Part shown: in pieces, positions 35,670-39,915 of the stretch | How positions within the stretch are numbered: position 1 is the stretch's first letter | How the letters are laid out: each line of letters begins with the position of its first letter | Assembly: GCA_009691435.1 (NCBI GenBank) | Contig: SICO01000001.1 | Location: 1 to 39,915, forward strand | Reading direction: 5' to 3' | DNA from: Candidatus Saccharimonadota bacterium | Lineage (GTDB): Bacteria > Patescibacteriota > Saccharimonadia > CAILAD01 > BJGX01 | Length of the DNA: 39,915 bases | Position numbers and translations under genes: made by a program | The notes under the pieces: generated by a model | The model's database searches: none | Told to the model about the DNA's origin: nothing | Seen by the model: the letters and a program-made list of their open reading frames with translations, nothing else

Positions 35670-36232
35670 TAAAAAAAATAGTCACCATACCCAATAAAAT
35701 ACTTCGCTCTAAATCCAAACGGATCGGTTTCGTTGATGACTCTATCCGTCAGCTTGCTAATGATATGATCGCTACCACACTAAAGTGGGATCACGACAGT
35801 GAGTTTGGCGCTGCTCTGGCAGCCATTCAGGTCGGCGAACCACTCAAGCTAACGGTGGTGCGCAACGATTTTGATAATGCCAAAAGCAAGAAGTTTACAG
35901 CCCTAGTGAACCCAGAGATAGTTAAGACAAGTACCGAAGTCGTTAGCGATATTGAAGGTTGCTTGAGTGTGCCCGGCATCTATGGCAGAGTCAAGCGACC
36001 TCTCAAAATTAAGGTTAAGGCCCAGGATGCTAATGGCCAGCCCATTAGGCTTAGCCTCGAAGGTTTCCCGGCCAGAGTCTTACTGCATGAAATCGACCAT
36101 ATGAACGGAATAATATTTTTAGATCATATCAAAGACTCTTCCCAATTATTTAACATTGATAAAAACGGCTCACTAATGCCAATTACGCAGACTAAAAAAG
36201 ATGCTATCAAAAAAACAAACCACCTCAACTAG
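35666..36232 (+). CDS. def: Peptide deformylase
   Basis: GAALAAIQVG, EGCLSVPG and HEIDH motifs. Confidence 0.9.
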   Translation: MIKKIVTIPNKILRSKSKRIGFVDDSIRQLANDMIATTLKWDHDSEFGAALAAIQVGEPLKLTVVRNDFDNAKSKKFTALVNPEIVKTSTEVVSDIEGCLSVPGIYGRVKRPLKIKVKAQDANGQPIRLSLEGFPARVLLHEIDHMNGIIFLDHIKDSSQLFNIDKNGSLMPITQTKKDAIKKTNHLN

Positions 36233-37121
36233 CCCTCTGGTATTTTTTGGTACTGGCAATACTAGCTTAGAGGCTTTGCAGTGTTTAAGCGAAGTTTTTG
36301 CAATAGAACTAATTGTTACTAAACCACCAGCCCTAAATTCAGCAGGCAAGCACTTTAAAAATAGCGTCCATCAATGGGGTGAGAAAAACTCCATCCCGAT
36401 TATTGCGCCAGAGAGTCAAAGCGAACTAGCTAAACTCATCAGTAGCCGAGTACTTAAGAGCAAGCTTGGTATTGTCTTAGACTTTGGGATGATAATACCA
36501 GCTAGGGTCATTGATGCTTTCGGCTCGGGGATATTAAATAGCCACTTTAGCTTGCTACCTAGGCACCGGGGCGCAAACCCAATCCGAACAGCAATACTAC
36601 GCGGTGATCTAAAAACAGGCGTTACAATTATAAAAATTACACCTGGCCTTGATGATGGGCCAATACTAGCTTGGGCCGAATTTGATATTAATAATCTAAA
36701 TGCCACAATATTGCGCGAAGAACTATCTAAGCTTAATTGTGCCCTACTACCCGAAGCAGCCAAAATGTATCTTAATGGTCAATTAGATTTAATTAACCAA
36801 GATCAATCAGAAATTACACACACAACTAAAACCACCAAACAAAATGGTAGGTTAGATTTTAATAAAACTGCAGAGGTACTAGAGCGAGAAACCCGGGCCT
36901 ACGCTAGTTGGCCAAAAAGCTATTTTGATGACAATGGCCAGACTTATATCGTTATAGATGCCAAAGCCTCTGCCGAAGTAACCCCTAAGGGCAAGCTCAC
37001 GGCGAAAAATAAGTGCTTATATATTGGGTGCGAACTTGGCAGTTTGCAAATTACTAGCATCCAACTAGCTGGTAAGCCAGCTATGGAGGCTACTAGTTTT
37101 ATTAATGGCTATTTAAAGTAG
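36201..37121 (+). CDS. fmt: Methionyl-tRNA formyltransferase
   Basis: HFSLLPRHRGANPI motif and a C-terminal Fmt domain. It overlaps def by 32 nt. Confidence 0.9.
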   Translation: MLSKKQTTSTSPLVFFGTGNTSLEALQCLSEVFAIELIVTKPPALNSAGKHFKNSVHQWGEKNSIPIIAPESQSELAKLISSRVLKSKLGIVLDFGMIIPARVIDAFGSGILNSHFSLLPRHRGANPIRTAILRGDLKTGVTIIKITPGLDDGPILAWAEFDINNLNATILREELSKLNCALLPEAAKMYLNGQLDLINQDQSEITHTTKTTKQNGRLDFNKTAEVLERETRAYASWPKSYFDDNGQTYIVIDAKASAEVTPKGKLTAKNKCLYIGCELGSLQITSIQLAGKPAMEATSFINGYLK

Positions 37122-37158
37122 CAACTAATTTAAGTTGATAGTATTTAGGACATTGGGC

Positions 37159-37527
37159 CTACTTGAAATAAGGCTCTATCTTGGCTACCACCTCGCTAGG
37201 TGTTAGGTCGGTCTTAATAATATAATCTTGGGCCCCTAAATTTTTAGCTTGATCAATGGTCGCTTGGTCCATAACATTAGTTAAAACAATTACTGGCAAG
37301 CCTGGGGTTATGCCGTGCTTTTTGAGCTCCTCTAAAACTTCCATGCCACTAACATTAGGCATCATTAAATCTAATAAGACGACTTGAGGCTGATGCTCGT
37401 TAATCTTAGTTAGGGCCATAGCCCCATCAGTGGCTTCAACCGTACGAATATTAGACTTAGAAAACTTTAACTGGTACATGCTTCGGATGGAATCACTATC
37501 TTCAACTAATAAACATATTTTTTTCAT
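37159..37527 (-). CDS. Stand-alone response-regulator receiver domain (CheY-like)
   Basis: The acidic pocket VEDSD, phospho-acceptor LLDLMMP, and the T (VLTN) and K (IIKT) positions are all present. No output domain, and no kinase in the window. Confidence 0.85.
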   Translation of the reverse strand: MKKICLLVEDSDSIRSMYQLKFSKSNIRTVEATDGAMALTKINEHQPQVVLLDLMMPNVSGMEVLEELKKHGITPGLPVIVLTNVMDQATIDQAKNLGAQDYIIKTDLTPSEVVAKIEPYFK

Positions 37528-37599
37528 ATCTATACTATACCTACTTATGGTTTATGTAGTCAACTAGGCTCTGCTGCTTAGTGGCCTAGGGCAAGGTGA

Positions 37600-39174
37600 T
37601 TAGCTTTTTTTATTGAGATACACAAACAATGCTAGCCCGATGAAGCTCGCCAGCACAGTCCATTCGCCAAGCAAGGTGTATATGGTGCGGGTGCTGTTGG
37701 GCTGTATGTCGCCCAGCATATAGCTAGTAGAGTCGTCTTTGTTTTGTACCTGGATGGTGCCGTTTTGGCTCATAATATATGATAGCTTACCCCTGGCCGA
37801 CTGAACCAGTGTCCGGGCATTAGCGACGGCCTGAAAACGAGCCATTTGCTTGGCCTGGTCAAAAAACTGTGTACCAATGCCCATCGTCGAGAGCGAGGCG
37901 GCGTTTACTAGCACCTCGGCGCCGCGGTTGGTGAGCTCCCGATAATACTCGGGGGCAATAATACCCGAACAAGCCAGCACCCCATAGCTGACTCCATTAA
38001 TGGTGATTGGCTCGATTGGTTTTTTGGACTGAAAGACTGTCTTTTCGCCTTCGTGGTAGGCTATCAGCTGATAGTTGCCGGAGGCAATCAGGATGCCTTT
38101 GTAGAGGTATGGTATGTACTCTCCACCTGGTATTAAAAATGTCTTACCCTGTGCGCTCATTTGTTGGCCCGATACATCGAGTTCCACGATAGCATTTGTC
38201 TCGGTCTTTGCTGTAAATATGCTGCCGGTGGTAATTATTCTACTGGACTCGTTTTTGAGTAGCAGCTGGGCTATTTGGCGGTCTTCATTGAGCAGCCTGG
38301 GTTCGTCAAACAAGTGCGAATATTCTGGGAATACCACCAAATTAACCTTACTCTTAGGCACTGCCTGCAATGATTCCAGCAATGCCGGCTGATAATCAAT
38401 TGCGACATTAGAGCTAAAGTGAACCACACCAATCTGCTCGCTACTAGTACCAGAAGGTGTGTGATAAACATAGTATGCCAGGAGTGTAGCCAATATAATT
38501 GATACAATTATCAACTGCGAGACTCTAACGAACTTCCTGCGCCACAGCTGAAAAATTGCGATATTGACCAGCACCACCACGAAGCTCAGCCCGAATAGCC
38601 CACCGAACCTTGAAAAATACACCAGTGGTGTGGCGCTAGCTGCCAGCCCCAGCGCACCGAAGTTCCAGTGCATACCGATGCTACCGCCTTCACCTAATGC
38701 ACAGATAGAAAATATAATGCTCCTAGCACATTCACCAGCTATCCAAATTGCTGGCAATAGCAAAAAAGAGCTCTTGGAGTCTAGCGAAACCTTGAGTTTG
38801 GTATAAAGCCAAGCAAAGAGAACAAACCCACTGGAAAAAAATAGCACCATTAGCCCCAATGTTAAGGGCACAAATAGCGCCCTGGTCCAAGGGTCTTGAA
38901 TTAAATCAATGGTGTTAAGCTGGTACATCCAGCTGATGGTTATGGCCATAAAAACCACCCCCACCAGCCAAATGTATTTGATAACCTTACGAGTCTTAGT
39001 CTGTCCTTTTTGTAAAAAAACTAAATAAAACAAAAACGGCACAAAAGTTACAAAAGATAGCCACCCGAGCTGGTAGCTCATAAATGGCAGGGCCAGTGTA
39101 GCCCCGCAGCTAACGATATATAATGCGTTAAGCCAATTATAGTGCCTGACGGTGGTAAGCATGTGGTGTTTCAT
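37600..39174 (-). CDS. lnt: Apolipoprotein N-acyltransferase (Lnt)-like: N-terminal polytopic membrane domain plus C-terminal CN-hydrolase domain
   Basis: Candidate Glu in NLVVFPEY, Lys in GKTFLIPGGEYIPY and Cys in YGVLACSG. There is also a C-terminal TM segment. Confidence 0.7.
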   Translation of the reverse strand: MKHHMLTTVRHYNWLNALYIVSCGATLALPFMSYQLGWLSFVTFVPFLFYLVFLQKGQTKTRKVIKYIWLVGVVFMAITISWMYQLNTIDLIQDPWTRALFVPLTLGLMVLFFSSGFVLFAWLYTKLKVSLDSKSSFLLLPAIWIAGECARSIIFSICALGEGGSIGMHWNFGALGLAASATPLVYFSRFGGLFGLSFVVVLVNIAIFQLWRRKFVRVSQLIIVSIILATLLAYYVYHTPSGTSSEQIGVVHFSSNVAIDYQPALLESLQAVPKSKVNLVVFPEYSHLFDEPRLLNEDRQIAQLLLKNESSRIITTGSIFTAKTETNAIVELDVSGQQMSAQGKTFLIPGGEYIPYLYKGILIASGNYQLIAYHEGEKTVFQSKKPIEPITINGVSYGVLACSGIIAPEYYRELTNRGAEVLVNAASLSTMGIGTQFFDQAKQMARFQAVANARTLVQSARGKLSYIMSQNGTIQVQNKDDSTSYMLGDIQPNSTRTIYTLLGEWTVLASFIGLALFVYLNKKS

Positions 39175-39270
39175 TGATTGATTGATATAGAGTTATTACT
39201 AATTATGTCTGCCCCGGTTTCTTACAGGTAATAACCCTTATTATACATTTATCTAAGGCCAGGCCAAAGC

Positions 39271-39298
39271 CTAACACCAGCTCGGGGGCTGGTGTTAG
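39271..39298 (-). terminator. GC-rich hairpin downstream of the 183-aa gene, without a clear U-tract
   Basis: CTAACACCAGC-tcgggg-GCTGGTGTTAG gives an 11-bp perfect stem. Confidence 0.4.
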
Positions 39299-39332
39299 TG
39301 GACTTAAGGACCGTGTGTTTATAGTCTACTAT

Positions 39333-39884
39333 CTAGTTTGACTGCACTGGATACATAGTAATAACGCCAACGGTGCCCCCGTTATTTACTACCTCGAGAG
39401 TTACTGGGTCTATGCTTCGGAGTTGAAGTTTCTCCGCATTACTCAAAGAATGCGTGCAAACTACCTGGCTATCGCCAGATTGGGTATAATAATCCCAGGA
39501 AGAAGTCCAAACTCCTGGAAGGAAACCCACGCGATTCCCCCTTATTCTCATTCCTACTTTGCCAGAATTGGTTAGCTTAACATGCGCACAAAGCCTGGTA
39601 CGAGTCCCAAGATCAGTCTGGGTCCACGACGCGCTGGCTACCTGGCCACCTGCTAGCACACAACTGCGTCCAAAGAACCCGCCCTTATCTACTATTCTAC
39701 CGCCACATCGCATCCCGCTATCTACTCTTTTTATGTGAGTTGCCGCCTCGCTAGAGCGTACTATCGCATAGCCTCCAATTGCCACAAGGGCAACTACAGG
39801 TAGTACATACCACCACTTTAGTTTTGAGTTCTTCTTTTTGCTAGAGCTTGTTCTGGATTTGGAACTTAATTTGGACTTTGCCAT
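39333..39884 (-). CDS. Hypothetical membrane-anchored extracytoplasmic protein (183 aa)
   Basis: A Lys/Ser-rich N-terminus and one TM segment are followed by a ~135-aa domain with 4 Cys. No family recognised. Confidence 0.5.
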   Translation of the reverse strand: MAKSKLSSKSRTSSSKKKNSKLKWWYVLPVVALVAIGGYAIVRSSEAATHIKRVDSGMRCGGRIVDKGGFFGRSCVLAGGQVASASWTQTDLGTRTRLCAHVKLTNSGKVGMRIRGNRVGFLPGVWTSSWDYYTQSGDSQVVCTHSLSNAEKLQLRSIDPVTLEVVNNGGTVGVITMYPVQSN

Positions 39885-39915
39885 AATGATTGATCCTTTT
39901 ATTATTAATTAGATA

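Noticed and set aside
36201-36232. The def/fmt 32-nt overlap contains an A7 run (ATCAAAAAAACA), which could support a frameshift producing a Def-Fmt fusion.
   Set aside because: Both ORFs are complete with normal termini, and def-fmt overlaps are common. Nothing such as a stimulatory structure suggests programmed frameshifting.
1-39915. I looked for tRNA (TΨC-arm GGTTCGAAT-like motifs), rRNA, SRP/tmRNA/RNase P-like motifs, CRISPR repeats, and transposase, integrase or phage genes in all intergenic regions.
   Set aside because: None was recognised by eye. Intergenic regions are short, and apart from 20259-20539 (T-box) and 30377-30554 they lack GC-rich structured segments. A covariance-model scan is still needed to exclude small RNAs.

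Overview
Gene-dense, moderately AT-rich chromosomal segment with about 45 CDS, mostly on the minus strand and dominated by housekeeping genes. These cover translation (rpmE-prfA-prmC, rplU, rpsU, ileS, hisS, def-fmt), division and envelope (ftsA, ftsZ, a SEDS protein, LCP ligase, lepB, lnt, secDF), replication and segregation (parAB, priA, recJ, nrdR) and adk-map. The gene content and order (rpsU-yqeY-ybeY-dgkA, LCP protein, T-box on ileS, no biosynthetic pathways, tiny intergenic gaps) fit a reduced-genome monoderm. Patescibacteria/CPR, possibly Saccharibacteria-like, is my inference only. I found no rRNA, tRNA, CRISPR array, transposase or prophage genes.

The best candidate for a new system is a clear heliorhodopsin gene (14358-15149, minus). 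It has its own near-consensus promoter and is packed with 3-11 nt gaps ahead of an APC-family permease, thioredoxin reductase and a membrane-anchored secretory-lipase-like hydrolase.

Other points worth a second look:
- A canonical T-box attenuator sits upstream of ileS, whose operon appears to continue by overlapping codons into a SEDS polymerase and a secreted thermonuclease.
- An unannotated 36-aa Cys-containing ORF with a strong SD and its own terminator lies upstream of a truncated MoxR/AAA_5-like ATPase.
- A secreted SNase is paired with an unknown cytoplasmic 160-aa protein.
- A divergent wHTH / zinc-ribbon proline-repeat membrane protein pair is present.
- Operon-first genes repeatedly carry a -10 box 6-9 nt before the ATG with no SD, which suggests leaderless mRNAs.

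All calls come from reading the translations and sequence by eye. No searches were run.
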